Shown here: piece after piece, positions 44,768 through 55,251 of the stretch | Layout: every line of letters starts with the position of its first letter | Position numbering within the stretch: position 1 is the first letter of the stretch | From: Nitrospirota bacterium | Lineage (GTDB): Bacteria > Nitrospirota > UBA9217 | DNA: 64,000 bases | NCBI GenBank assembly: GCA_963740085.1 | Contig: CAVUCU010000001.1 | Coordinates: forward strand, 832,001 to 896,000 | Reading direction: 5' to 3' | The notes under the pieces: model-generated | The model's input: only the letters and a program-made list of their open reading frames with translations | What the model was told of the DNA's origin: nothing | The model's database searches: none | Program-made: the position numbers and the translations under genes

Positions 44768-44795
44768 TTGACATTTCCCCGTTTAAAGTTAAAAT
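44768..44795 (+). promoter_or_regulatory. Sigma70-type promoter for the small ORF
   Basis: TTGACA-16 nt-TAAAAT. Confidence 0.6.
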
Positions 44796-44834
44796 GCACG
44801 GGTTTCGAAGTATTAAACCGGAGGTGAATGTATC

Positions 44835-45008
44835 ATGGCAGAAATGAGTAAAACCGCCAAGGCGGCTACAAAAAAGGCAATTGTGAACCAAAACGTGCCC
44901 CAGTGTTGCGCCAAGCCCATGCAGGCGGCAAAGATGATGTCCACGACCGGCAAGGTCCGCGGCATGATGTGGTTCTGCGATAAATGTCAGAAAGAAAAGG
45001 CGCTTTAA
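44835..45008 (+). CDS. Unannotated 57 aa zinc-ribbon-like small protein
   Basis: RBS GGAGGTG; MAEMSKTAKAATKKAIVNQNVPQCCAKPMQAAKMMSTTGKVRGMMWFCDKCQKEKAL; has its own promoter and terminator. Confidence 0.75.
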   Translation: MAEMSKTAKAATKKAIVNQNVPQCCAKPMQAAKMMSTTGKVRGMMWFCDKCQKEKAL

Positions 45009-45036
45009 GCCGTTTCTTCAGTTATCGTTTCTTTGC

Positions 45037-45066
45037 AAGGCGGTGAGCATTTCACCGCCTTTTTTT
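45037..45066 (+). terminator. Rho-independent terminator
   Basis: aaggcggtga/tcaccgcctt stem followed by a T-run. Confidence 0.85.
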
Positions 45067-45119
45067 ACGCACTTTTCTTGCGTTCCAATACCGTCATTGC
45101 CTCCCGCCCCATGAATTTG

Positions 45120-45349
45120 GGTTCATTCGTAAAAAAGTTGAAACCCAATGTTTAACCACTGAGGCACGGAGCAAGGCCTGGAAACTCGGGGGATTTTAAA
45201 AACCTCGGGCTCCTTCGATTTTTCCTGAAAAATCAGAGTATCACAAAAAGACATTACTCTTAACACTCCGTAATAAAATAACATCGGTCCTCTGTGTCTC
45301 CGCGTTTCCGTGGTGAGAAAAGCCTTTTCAACTAAAATACGAAAGAACT
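45120..45349. mobile_element. MITE-like element, copy B (inverted relative to 2237-2475)
   Basis: Aligns along its length with the reverse complement of copy A. Flanks TGAATTTG/TGGGTTTG are a 6/8 degenerate duplication. Confidence 0.8.
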
Positions 45350-45545
45350 TGGGTTTGTGAGCGCCCGTCTCGCCAAAATAAGAAATGTCCGGTTCTTATC
45401 CGCCATCCAATCGCCTCGTATTTAAACAGGATGTTAACAGAAGGCACGCCGCCTTTTCTGATACTTTCTATCTAATATTTTGGAATACGGCCACTTTCCA
45501 AAATCTGTGTTATTCTTATAGGTTAGAAAGAGACTCTGGTGTGAA

Positions 45546-47075
45546 ATGACACGGATAATGCATTTGAGGATTACAACCGCTGCAGCGATCGCTGGCCTGG
45601 CATTGACCGGCTGTGCCGTAGGCCCTGATTTCCGGGCGCCCGAAGCCCCGAGCGCGAAAGAATACACCGCGACGGAGCTATTGAAACCCGGATCTGCAGC
45701 CGTTCCCGTGGCTGGCGGCGCTGCGCAGCGTCTTGCTCCGGGGCAGGAGATCCCCGCCCAATGGTGGACACTGTTCCGTTCCGCGGCGTTGGAGCAGTTG
45801 GTCCGCCAGGCGCTTGCGGACAACCCGACGCTTGCGGCAGCTCAGGCAACGCTCCGCCAGTCGCAGGAGGGTCTGCGCGCCGTTGTCGGCTCTGCGCTCT
45901 TCCCGCGCCTGGATGCGAACATCTCGGCTTCGCGCCAAAAGGTCTCTGGCGCCGCCTTCGGCCAGCCGGAAACCACGTTTAGTCCCTTTACGCTCTATAA
46001 TGCCTCGGTAAACGTCTCCTATGCGCTCGATCTATTCGGCGGTGCGCGGCGGGAGTTGGAATTTCTGAGGTCGCAGGTAGACTTTCAGCGCTTTCAGCTC
46101 GAAGGGGCCTATCTGACACTCACGTCGAATATCGTCACTGCGGCGGTGAAAGAGGCTTCCTTGCGCGCTCAGATGCAGGCGGTTCAGGAGATCCTGGCCG
46201 CGCAGACGAAGCAGAGCGATATGGTCGAACGCCAGTTCCAGCTCGGGGCGGTAGCGCGCTCGGACGTGCTCGCACAGCGGGCTCAACTCGCGCAGACGCG
46301 GGCGACCCTGCCGCCGCTGGAAAAGGAGCTCGCTCAGACGCGCCACCAGTTGGCAACGCTGACCGGCAAACTACCCGGTGAGGCAACGGCGCTGCCCGAG
46401 TTCAGCCTCGAGGAGCTGCAGCTGCCGGAGGAACTGCCGCTGAGCCTGCCGTCTTCACTGGCGCGCCAGCGCCCGGACATCCGGGCGGCAGAAGAGCTCT
46501 TGCACGCGGCGAGCGCGCAGATCGGCGTCGCGACCGCGAACCTCTACCCGCAGCTCACGCTGACCGGCAGCTACGGATCGGAAGCAGCCAAACTGAACAA
46601 CCTGTTCACCGGCAGCACCGCTGTGTGGAGCTTCGGAGCAGGGTTGCTGCAGCCCCTCTTTCATGGCGGAGAACTGACCGCAAAGCGCCGCGCCGCCGTC
46701 GCAGCCTACGATCAGGCGGAAGCGCAGTACCGCGCTACCGTCCTGCAGGCGTTCCGGAACGTGGCCGACGTACTTTGGGCGCTGGATGCGGATGCGCGCA
46801 CACTGACGGCGCAGGCCGACGCGGAACAGGCTGCGCGCGACTCGTTCGACCTGACGCAGAAGCAGTTTCAACTGGGCGCGGTAAGCTATCTTTCGCTGCT
46901 GAACGCCGAACGCCAGCACCAGCAGGCGAGGATCGGTCTGATCCAGGCGCAGGCCGTGCGTTTTGCAGACACGGCGGCGCTGTTCCAGGCGCTCGGGGGC
47001 GGGTGGTGGAACCGCGTGGAGGACGAAAAACAAGGGATGAAGAACGAGGGACGAGAGACGAGGGACGAGAGATGA
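45546..47075 (+). CDS. RND efflux outer membrane lipoprotein (NodT/OprM family)
   Basis: LTGCAVGPDF lipobox, RPDIRAAE and LFQALGGGWW motifs. Confidence 0.95.
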   Translation: MTRIMHLRITTAAAIAGLALTGCAVGPDFRAPEAPSAKEYTATELLKPGSAAVPVAGGAAQRLAPGQEIPAQWWTLFRSAALEQLVRQALADNPTLAAAQATLRQSQEGLRAVVGSALFPRLDANISASRQKVSGAAFGQPETTFSPFTLYNASVNVSYALDLFGGARRELEFLRSQVDFQRFQLEGAYLTLTSNIVTAAVKEASLRAQMQAVQEILAAQTKQSDMVERQFQLGAVARSDVLAQRAQLAQTRATLPPLEKELAQTRHQLATLTGKLPGEATALPEFSLEELQLPEELPLSLPSSLARQRPDIRAAEELLHAASAQIGVATANLYPQLTLTGSYGSEAAKLNNLFTGSTAVWSFGAGLLQPLFHGGELTAKRRAAVAAYDQAEAQYRATVLQAFRNVADVLWALDADARTLTAQADAEQAARDSFDLTQKQFQLGAVSYLSLLNAERQHQQARIGLIQAQAVRFADTAALFQALGGGWWNRVEDEKQGMKNEGRETRDER

Positions 47076-47166
47076 CAGTCGAACAACGACAATCGACTTC
47101 CAGGGAACAGCGACTCACGGCGTCTATCGTCCATCGTCCATCGCTCTCCAGTCAGAGGAGATCTTT

Positions 47167-48294
47167 ATGACCAAGCGAATGGTGATCATGCTGTTGATCG
47201 TCGGCGTACTTTTCGGCGGCATCTTCGGATATCGTGCTTTCAAGGCACGGATGAACAAAAAATACATGGCCTTCCGGCCTCCGCCGGCCGTGGTAACGGC
47301 TATCAAGGCCGAATCCTTGCCGTGGCAACCGCAGGTGAAAGCAATAGGGAGTCTGCGCGCCGTGCTCGGCGTGGACGTGACGAGCGAGATCGCCGGTCTC
47401 GTGCGCTCGGTCCAGTTCAAACCGGGCGAGGAGGTCAGCGAAGGCCGGATACTGCTGAAGCTCAATGACGACGCGGACAGAGCGCAGCTTCAGGCGCTCG
47501 AGGCGGCGGCTGAACTTGCGCAAACGGCATATGAGCGCGACAAAAAACAGTTCGAAGTGCAGGCCGTGAGCCAGGCGGCGCTCGATGCCGAAGCTGCCGA
47601 TCTCAAGAGCAAACGCGCCCAGGTCGCCCAGCAGCAGGCGCTGGTCTCCAAGAAGACCATTCGCGCCCCCTTTGCCGGCAGGCTCGGTATCAGCACCGTG
47701 AACCCCGGGCAGTACATGAATCCCGGGGACAAGATCGTCACCCTCCAATCGCTGGGCTCCATCTACGCCGACTTTTTTCTGCCGCAGCAGGAGCTTTCCC
47801 GCATTGCGATCGGTCAAGCTGTCGCTGTCACCACCGACACGTACCCCGGCCGCACATTCTCCGGAAAGATCACCACCATCAACCCGAAGGTGGACACTGA
47901 AACGCGAAACTTCCAGGTCGAAGCCTTGATCGCCAATCCAAAGCACCAACTGCTGCCGGGCATGTATGCGACAATCGACATCCGGGCAGGTGCAATACAG
48001 CGTTATTTGACCGTGCCGCAGACATCCGTAACCTTCAACCCCTATGGCGACACCGTTTATATCACCCAGGAAAGCGGCAAGGGCCCTGACAACAAACCGC
48101 TCCTGACCGTCAAGCAGGCCTTCGTCACCCTTGGTCCCACGCGCGGCGACCAGGTGGCGGTCCTCACGGGAGTGAAGGAAGGCGATACGGTGGTCACGAG
48201 CGGTCAAATGAAACTGAAAAACGGCAGCGCCGTGGTCATCAACAACCAGGTCCAGCCGAGCAATGAAGAAGCGCCCAAACCGGAAGACCAATAA
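47167..48294 (+). CDS. RND efflux membrane fusion (adaptor) protein
   Basis: IRAPFAGRLG, LLPGMYA and VVTSGQMKL motifs. Confidence 0.95.
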   Translation: MTKRMVIMLLIVGVLFGGIFGYRAFKARMNKKYMAFRPPPAVVTAIKAESLPWQPQVKAIGSLRAVLGVDVTSEIAGLVRSVQFKPGEEVSEGRILLKLNDDADRAQLQALEAAAELAQTAYERDKKQFEVQAVSQAALDAEAADLKSKRAQVAQQQALVSKKTIRAPFAGRLGISTVNPGQYMNPGDKIVTLQSLGSIYADFFLPQQELSRIAIGQAVAVTTDTYPGRTFSGKITTINPKVDTETRNFQVEALIANPKHQLLPGMYATIDIRAGAIQRYLTVPQTSVTFNPYGDTVYITQESGKGPDNKPLLTVKQAFVTLGPTRGDQVAVLTGVKEGDTVVTSGQMKLKNGSAVVINNQVQPSNEEAPKPEDQ

Positions 48295-48420
48295 GGGAGG
48301 CAAGCTCTAAGTACGAATGCCGAAATCCTAAACAATTCCTAAACTCAAAAGTGCCAAGTTTTTAATTTTGATCATTCAATATTGTTTAGGGTTTCGCTGT
48401 TCGATATTAGGATTTGAATT

Positions 48421-51400
48421 ATGAATTTCACCGACCTCTTCATAAAGCGTCCCGTGCTCGCCACGGTGGTGAGTCTCCTGATCCTCGTCCTGGGCCTTCG
48501 TTCCGTGGGGATTCTGCCCGTGCGCCAGTACCCGCTCATCCAGAACGCGGTCGTCACGGTCCAGACGGTCTATTACGGGGCCGACGCGGAGCTTGTGGCC
48601 GGGTTCATCACGACGCCGCTCGAAAACTCCGTTGCGCAGGCAAACGGGGTCGACTACCTCACGTCATCAAGCAGGCAGAGTGTGAGCACGATCCAGGCCA
48701 CCCTCCGCCTGAATTATGATCCGAACAAGGCCCTGACCGAGATCAATACCAGGGTCAACGCGGTACTGAACCAGCTGCCCCGGGATGCGCAGCAGCCTGT
48801 GATCACCATTGCCATCGGCGAGACGATCGATTCGATGTACATCGGATTCTCGAGCACGGTGCTGCCTACGAACAAGATCACCGATTACCTGATCCGCGTG
48901 GTGCAGCCCAAGCTGCAGGCCGTGGAGGGCGTCCAGACTGCCGAGATCCTCGGCAAACGCCAGTTCGCGCTCCGCGCATGGCTCGACCCGGTGAAGATGG
49001 CGGCCCTGGGGGTCACGGCCACGGACGTGAGCAATGCCCTGTCGACGAACGATTACATCTCCGCACTGGGCCGCACCCAGGGCCGGATGGTGACCGTGGA
49101 CCTGATCGCCGACACGACCCTGCACTCGGTGGAGGAATTCAAGGACCTCGTGATCCGGTCGAAGAACAACGCCCTCGTTCGCCTCGGCGACGTGGCCAAT
49201 GTCACGCTCGGCGCCGAAGACTACGACACGGCGGTGACCTTTGACGGGAAGAGCGCGGTGTACATCGGCATCAAGGTGGCGCCCACGGCCAACCTGCTCT
49301 CCGTGATCGACGGCGTGCGCAAGACCTTCCCGTCCATCGCCGGGCAACTGCCCGAAGGCCTGGAAGGCCGCATCGTGTACGACGCCACGAAGTACGTGAA
49401 CAGCTCCATCCGCGAGGTCGTCAAAACGCTCGCCGAGGCGATCTTGATCGTGACGGTAGTGATCTTCCTCTTTCTCGGCACCGTGCGGTCGGTGATCATC
49501 CCCACGATCGCCATGCCGCTGTCCCTGATCGGCGCGTTCTTCATCATGCTTATCCTCGGTTACACCATCAACCTTCTGACCCTCCTCGCGCTGGTCCTGG
49601 CGATCGGCCTCGTGGTCGATGATGCCATCATCGTTGTGGAGAACGTGCACCGCCACATGGAGGGCGGCATGAAGCCCCTGCCCGCGGCGATCCAGGGCGC
49701 TCGCGAGCTTGCCGGGCCCATTGTCGCGATCTCGGTGGTGCTCATTGCCGTGTATGTTCCCATTGGATTTATGGGCGGCCTTTCAGGTGCGCTCTTTACC
49801 GAGTTCGCCTATACGCTGGCCGGGGCCGTTGCGGTTTCCGCCGTCATCGCGCTCACGCTCTCTCCCATGATGTGCTCGCGTTTCCTCAAGCCCTATGAGC
49901 ACGGCAGCCAGAAGGGCTTTGCGGCCTGGATCGACCGGCGCTTCTCCGACCTGCGGCAAGGCTACGAGCGCCTGCTGCACGCTTCCCTCAATACCCTCGC
50001 GGTCACGGGCGTGTTCGCCGCGTTCATCCTTGCGAGTATTTATTTCCTCTACGTGACCTCGAAGAGCGAGCTGGCGCCGCAGGAAGATCAGGGGATCATC
50101 ATCGCCTTGACCACGGCCTCGCCTGACTCCACGCTTGAGCAGACACTACTCTCGACCCGGCAGGTGTTCGACGTCTTTACCTCATATCCCGAAACTGACC
50201 ACGTGTTCCAGTTCGCCGGCGTGAACGGGTTAAATATCGCCTTCGCCGGCATGGTCTTCAAGCCCTGGGACGAGCGGAAGCGCACCTCGATCGAACTGCA
50301 GCCGCAGGTTCAGATGAAGCTGGGTCAGATCGCGGGGTCGCGCTCCGCCGCATTCCTGCCGTCGCCGCTCCCGGGCAGCAGCGGTCTGCCGGTGCAGTTC
50401 GTGATCGGCACCACCGAATCCTACGAGCGCCTGAACGATGCGGCCCAGGCGCTTCTGGGAAAAGCTTACGCGAGCGGCGTCTTCGCCTATCTTGATTCCG
50501 ACCTCAAGATCGACAAGCCGCAGGTCACCGTCGAGATCGACCGCGACAAGACCGCGGGGCTCGGCCTCACGATGCGCGACGTGGGCGGCGCCCTGGGGTC
50601 CATGCTGGGCGGCGGCTATGTGAACTATTTCAGTCTTGCCGGCCGCTCCTACAAGGTCATCCCGCAGGTGATGCAGCGAGAACGGTTGAACGCCGCGCAG
50701 CTCGGGAACTACTACATCACGACGCTGAATGGATCATCGGTCCCGCTCTCAACGATCATCCGGCTCAGGACGGATGTGGTGCCCGAGTCCCTGAACCATT
50801 TTCAGCAGCTTAACTCGGCTACCATATCCGGTGTGCTGATGCCGGGAGTAACCCTGGGGCAGGCCCTGGAAACCCTCAAAGGACTGGCAAAGGATGCGCT
50901 GCCCCAGGGCTACAGCGTCGATTACGCGGGCCAGTCGCGGCAGTACGTGCAGGAATCGACGGCCCTGGAAGTGACGTTCCTGTTCGCGCTCATTATCATC
51001 TTTCTCGCGCTCGCGGCCCTGTTCGAGAGTTTCCGCGATCCCCTCATCGTGCTCGTGAGCGTCCCCATGTCGATATGCGGGGCCATGATCTTCATCAGCC
51101 TGGGCGTGGGCGGGTCAAGCCTGAACATCTACACCGAGGTGGGTCTCGTGACGTTGATCGGTCTCATCAGCAAACACGGGATCCTCATCGTCCAGTTCGC
51201 CAACGACCTGCAACGCGAAGGCAAGGCCAAGCGCGAGGCGGTGGAGACCGCGGCGGCCATCCGGCTCCGGCCGATCCTGATGACCACGGCTGCCATGGTC
51301 CTGGGCGTGCTGCCGCTCGTGACCGCGTCCGGCGCCGGCGCGGCAGGCCGCTTTAACATGGGGCTCGTGATCATGACGGGCATCTCAATTGGTACGTTGT

Positions 51401-51495
51401 TCACGCTCTTCGTGGTGCCGGCGATGTATCTGTTCCTCGCCGCAGAGCACGCGAAGGAGGGATCTGTTGAAGGGAGCGTGGAGGGAGCGCCGTAA
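48421..51495 (+). CDS. RND efflux permease (AcrB/MexW-like)
   Basis: FIKRPVLA, AIGLVVDDAIIVVENV and RLRPILMTT motifs. Confidence 0.97.
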   Translation: MNFTDLFIKRPVLATVVSLLILVLGLRSVGILPVRQYPLIQNAVVTVQTVYYGADAELVAGFITTPLENSVAQANGVDYLTSSSRQSVSTIQATLRLNYDPNKALTEINTRVNAVLNQLPRDAQQPVITIAIGETIDSMYIGFSSTVLPTNKITDYLIRVVQPKLQAVEGVQTAEILGKRQFALRAWLDPVKMAALGVTATDVSNALSTNDYISALGRTQGRMVTVDLIADTTLHSVEEFKDLVIRSKNNALVRLGDVANVTLGAEDYDTAVTFDGKSAVYIGIKVAPTANLLSVIDGVRKTFPSIAGQLPEGLEGRIVYDATKYVNSSIREVVKTLAEAILIVTVVIFLFLGTVRSVIIPTIAMPLSLIGAFFIMLILGYTINLLTLLALVLAIGLVVDDAIIVVENVHRHMEGGMKPLPAAIQGARELAGPIVAISVVLIAVYVPIGFMGGLSGALFTEFAYTLAGAVAVSAVIALTLSPMMCSRFLKPYEHGSQKGFAAWIDRRFSDLRQGYERLLHASLNTLAVTGVFAAFILASIYFLYVTSKSELAPQEDQGIIIALTTASPDSTLEQTLLSTRQVFDVFTSYPETDHVFQFAGVNGLNIAFAGMVFKPWDERKRTSIELQPQVQMKLGQIAGSRSAAFLPSPLPGSSGLPVQFVIGTTESYERLNDAAQALLGKAYASGVFAYLDSDLKIDKPQVTVEIDRDKTAGLGLTMRDVGGALGSMLGGGYVNYFSLAGRSYKVIPQVMQRERLNAAQLGNYYITTLNGSSVPLSTIIRLRTDVVPESLNHFQQLNSATISGVLMPGVTLGQALETLKGLAKDALPQGYSVDYAGQSRQYVQESTALEVTFLFALIIIFLALAALFESFRDPLIVLVSVPMSICGAMIFISLGVGGSSLNIYTEVGLVTLIGLISKHGILIVQFANDLQREGKAKREAVETAAAIRLRPILMTTAAMVLGVLPLVTASGAGAAGRFNMGLVIMTGISIGTLFTLFVVPAMYLFLAAEHAKEGSVEGSVEGAP

Positions 51496-51736
51496 TCCGG
51501 TTAATCCGAACCCGGGCACGCCGGAACCAAAAAGGCGTCTCTCGCAGAGCATGCAGAGAACGCAGAGTTAAATCAAAACCTTTTAGTTTAAACTGGAACA
51601 TTTTTTGAGTGTTTTTCTGCGAACGCTGCGGAAGTCCTAAGTGGCCGCTTTTCTTTCATAGGCTACCGCGAGAACATTTCTTACCGTCTTGCGTGGGTAA
51701 AAGGATTACCATTACGAAAAAACAAAAGAGGCCTTC

Positions 51737-52687
51737 ATGAAAAAACGCAAACTCGGAAATTCAGACATAGCGGTCGCACCGCTGGCATTGGGCGGCAATG
51801 TCTTCGGCTGGACCGTGGATGAGCCTACGGCGTTTAAAATACTGGATGCCTTTGTGGCGGCGGGCTTCAACCTCATCGATACTGCGGATACCTACTCCCG
51901 GTGGGTAACGGGCAACAAGGGCGGCGAGTCTGAAACCATCATCGGCAAATGGCTCAAGCAGAGCGGAAACCGGAAAGAGGTCACCATCGCCACCAAGGTC
52001 GGGAGTGAAATGGGGCCGAACAGGAAAGGGCTCGCAAAGCCCTATATTGTGCGCGCCGTGGAGGACTCATTGCAGCGACTCCAAACAGACACCATCGACC
52101 TCTATCAGTCGCACAAGGACGATCCCGACACCCCTCTGGAAGAGACCCTGGAGGCATATGCGCAATTGATCAAACAAGGAAAAGTACGCGTGATCGGAGC
52201 CTCGAACTATGGCGTGACACGGCTTTCCGAGGCATTGCAGATCAGCGCGCGGAAGGGATTTCCCGCTTACCAGAGCCTGCAGCCCCGCTATAATCTGTAC
52301 GATCGGGTGGAGTACGAGCAGTCGCTTGAACCGGTCTGCAGGGAGATGGGAATGGGTGTGATCACCTATTCCTCGCTGGCAAGCGGATTTCTTACAGGAA
52401 AGTACCGGTCGGGAAAGGATCTGTCAAAGAGCATCCGGGGCCAGGGAATGAGATTATACCTGAACGACCGGGGGTTCCGGATACTTGAGGCGCTGGACCA
52501 TGCGGCGGAACAATACGATGCAACCCCCGCGGGCGTATCGCTTGCATGGCTTGTTGCGCGCCCGGGCATCACCGCCCCTATTGCGAGCGCCACGAGCGTG
52601 GAACAATTGAACGATCTGATCGAAGGGACAAAGCTCAAATTGAATCAGGAGTCAATAGATCTGTTGAATAAAGCCAGTGCTTACTAG
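51737..52687 (+). CDS. Aldo/keto reductase
   Basis: IDTADTY, IATKVG, SLQRLQTDTIDLYQSH and IGASN motifs. Confidence 0.95.
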   Translation: MKKRKLGNSDIAVAPLALGGNVFGWTVDEPTAFKILDAFVAAGFNLIDTADTYSRWVTGNKGGESETIIGKWLKQSGNRKEVTIATKVGSEMGPNRKGLAKPYIVRAVEDSLQRLQTDTIDLYQSHKDDPDTPLEETLEAYAQLIKQGKVRVIGASNYGVTRLSEALQISARKGFPAYQSLQPRYNLYDRVEYEQSLEPVCREMGMGVITYSSLASGFLTGKYRSGKDLSKSIRGQGMRLYLNDRGFRILEALDHAAEQYDATPAGVSLAWLVARPGITAPIASATSVEQLNDLIEGTKLKLNQESIDLLNKASAY

Positions 52688-52699
52688 CAAAAACGATGC

Positions 52700-52733
52700 A
52701 AAAAAAAACGGAGCCGTCACTTTCCCGGCTCCG
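52700..52733 (-). terminator. Terminator between the convergent AKR and CHRD genes
   Basis: cggagccg/cggctccg stem with an A-run on the plus strand. Confidence 0.65.
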
Positions 52734-52774
52734 CTGCATAAGCTACTCTGTAAAGAGGTTGATTGTCTGTACTG

Positions 52775-53248
52775 CTACTTGATCTGACCGCGGACCTCGC
52801 CATCCGGATACTTTACCGTATGGACATTGACGTAGGCGCCTCCATCCTTGATCATTTTGACGAGGTCACCGACCGTTTTCCCGGCCAACGATCCGATCAG
52901 GTCCTTGTCCGTTATGGTTCCTTTGGCGATTTCTCCACTGAACTTACCGTCCTTTTTCGGGCCAGCAAATAGGCCGGCCACCGGGCCTCCGTTTTTACCC
53001 ATCATAGCTTCATGGATATGTGCTGCAGTGACATTTTCAATGTTCTTCAACTTGAGGATGTAGGTCAGTTCTTTGCCGTCCTTGCTCAGTTTAAAATGGG
53101 CTTCGCCTGTCGCCTTCGTCTCAACAGCCGGGACGACCTCTTTGCCGGACAGTTTTGCCGCGAAGGTCCCGTGAGCAGCCGCCATGCTCAGAGAAGCGGT
53201 CAGAAGGACCGTGAATATTGTGAATAACGTAACTTTTAGTGTTTTCAT
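52775..53248 (-). CDS. Secreted CHRD-domain protein
   Basis: LSGKEVVP, TAAHIH and YVNVHT.KYPDGEVRGQI motifs. Confidence 0.92.
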   Translation of the reverse strand: MKTLKVTLFTIFTVLLTASLSMAAAHGTFAAKLSGKEVVPAVETKATGEAHFKLSKDGKELTYILKLKNIENVTAAHIHEAMMGKNGGPVAGLFAGPKKDGKFSGEIAKGTITDKDLIGSLAGKTVGDLVKMIKDGGAYVNVHTVKYPDGEVRGQIK

Positions 53249-53556
53249 AAGTTGTTCCTCCTTGCTGCTGGGTTAACAATCCCACAGCTACTTATACTAT
53301 AGCAATCAACTGGAGAGAATGTCAAGGCAACGGGGATTGCGGAAGGTAAAACGAAAGACTTAGATAATTGCATGAGCATGAATTCTCTGCAATTCCTTAA
53401 AAGAGGACATTCCCGCCCGGGCTGAAAAAAGAGTTAACGGTTGCAAAAAATCCCTGTTTATGCTAATTTAGCTCCGCAAATCAGGCTTGGCATCACTCAA
53501 ACGACTGCACCCTTTTCCTCTCACCTTATCTCATAAAGGAGCGTTACGAAAGCCCT

Positions 53557-54174
53557 ATGGCACTCTTCCCAAAAACAATAGATTTCTTTGTGCAATTCGA
53601 CCGGGCGCTCGACAACCTGTCGAAAGCGGCAAATGTGCTTGTCGACATGCTGAACAACTTTGACACCTTCGAGAAAAAGGCAAAGGCGATATACGAATTC
53701 GAGCAGGAAGGCGACATGCTCACCCACGACATCATGAAGGACCTGAACAAGACCTTCCTCACCCCCATCGACCGCGAGGACATCCATGCGCTGGCATCAC
53801 GGATCGACGACGTCCTCGACCTGATCTGGGCGGCGGTGGACAGGATGGTGGTGTACAAGATCGAGAAACCGACACCTGAGGTGATCTCCATTGCCGAGGA
53901 CCTGCAGATGACGGCGGACGTTCTGATCAAGGCCCTCCGGGAGCTCCGGGCGAAACAATATTCGCGCGTCCAGGAACATTGCATCGAGGTCAACCGGCTT
54001 GAGAACCGGATCGACCGCAAGTATCGGGACGCGCTCGGCAGGCTCGTCAACAGCGATAATGATCCTGTGTATATCATCAAATGGAAGGACATCTATCAGA
54101 TCATGGAAGACGCCTCGGACCGTGCGGAAGACATCGCCAATATCCTCGAGACCATAGTGCTCAAATATGCCTGA
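53557..54174 (+). CDS. DUF47/PhoU-like phosphate transport regulator
   Basis: EQEGD...LNKTFLTPIDREDI; translationally coupled to a pit gene. Confidence 0.9.
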   Translation: MALFPKTIDFFVQFDRALDNLSKAANVLVDMLNNFDTFEKKAKAIYEFEQEGDMLTHDIMKDLNKTFLTPIDREDIHALASRIDDVLDLIWAAVDRMVVYKIEKPTPEVISIAEDLQMTADVLIKALRELRAKQYSRVQEHCIEVNRLENRIDRKYRDALGRLVNSDNDPVYIIKWKDIYQIMEDASDRAEDIANILETIVLKYA

Positions 54175-55156
54175 AGTCCTGATCCTCATCATCGTCCTTG
54201 CCGTGTTCTTCGATGTGGCGAACGGCTGGCACGACTGCGCGAACGCCATTGCCACCGTGGTGTCGACGAAAGTCCTCTCGCCCCTGCAGGCGGTGATCCT
54301 TGCCGCGACCATGAACATCGCCGGCGCCTTTCTCACCACCGCCGTGGCCAAGACCATCGGCGCGGGCATTGTGGACCCCGTGGCGATCACGAACGCGGTG
54401 CTGATCTCGGCGCTGGCCGCCGCCATCCTCTGGAACCTCATCACGATCCTCATGGGCCTGCCGGTCAGTTCTTCACACGCGCTCGTGGGCGGGCTCATCG
54501 GAGCGGCCGTAGCTCACGGCGGAACATCGCTCCTGAATATCGGCGGCATTATGAAGATACTCCTGTCTCTCCTCCTCTCCCCCGTGCTCGGCATCGTTCT
54601 TGGATATCTGTTCATGAAGATGATCTTGCATTTCTTCGGACAGCTCTCGCCCGGCGTCATCGGCAGGTATTTTGGCAGGCTCCAGATCGTCTCATCGTCC
54701 TTCATGGCCTTCGGACACGGCTCCAACGACGCCCAGAAGTCCATGGGAATCATCACCATGGCGCTTCTGGCCTCGGGCAAGATCCAGACACTCGAGGTGC
54801 CGACCTGGGTCATCCTCACCTGCGCCGTTGCCATGGGATTCGGCACCCTCTTCGGCGGATGGAAGATCATCAAGACCCTGGGGCACAACATGCTGAAGCT
54901 TGAACCCATCCACGGCTTCGCCGCCGAGACCTCATCGGCCGGCATCATCATGGCGGCAAGCTATTTCGGCCTTCCCGTGAGCACCACCCACGTCGTCTCA
55001 ACGGCGATCCTCGGCGTCGGCGCTACCAGGCGACTCTCGGCGGTCCGCTGGGGGATTGCCGGAAAAATAGTGATGGCATGGGTCCTTACCCTTCCGCTTT
55101 GCATTGCCATGGCGTGGGTCATCCACATACTCCTGACGCAGTACCATCTCGTTTAG
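54167..55156 (+). CDS. pitA: Inorganic phosphate transporter (PiT family)
   Basis: NGWHDCANAIAT, PVSSSHA, HGSNDAQK and PVSTTH motifs. Confidence 0.95.
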   Translation: MPEVLILIIVLAVFFDVANGWHDCANAIATVVSTKVLSPLQAVILAATMNIAGAFLTTAVAKTIGAGIVDPVAITNAVLISALAAAILWNLITILMGLPVSSSHALVGGLIGAAVAHGGTSLLNIGGIMKILLSLLLSPVLGIVLGYLFMKMILHFFGQLSPGVIGRYFGRLQIVSSSFMAFGHGSNDAQKSMGIITMALLASGKIQTLEVPTWVILTCAVAMGFGTLFGGWKIIKTLGHNMLKLEPIHGFAAETSSAGIIMAASYFGLPVSTTHVVSTAILGVGATRRLSAVRWGIAGKIVMAWVLTLPLCIAMAWVIHILLTQYHLV

Positions 55157-55251
55157 CTCTTTCCCCGCGCGGTGCCTCCCTCCTGGCTCGTCAGCACCTG
55201 ATCGACCACAGAGGTCACACAAGAATAAAGGTTCTTCGCCCTCCTGAGAGA

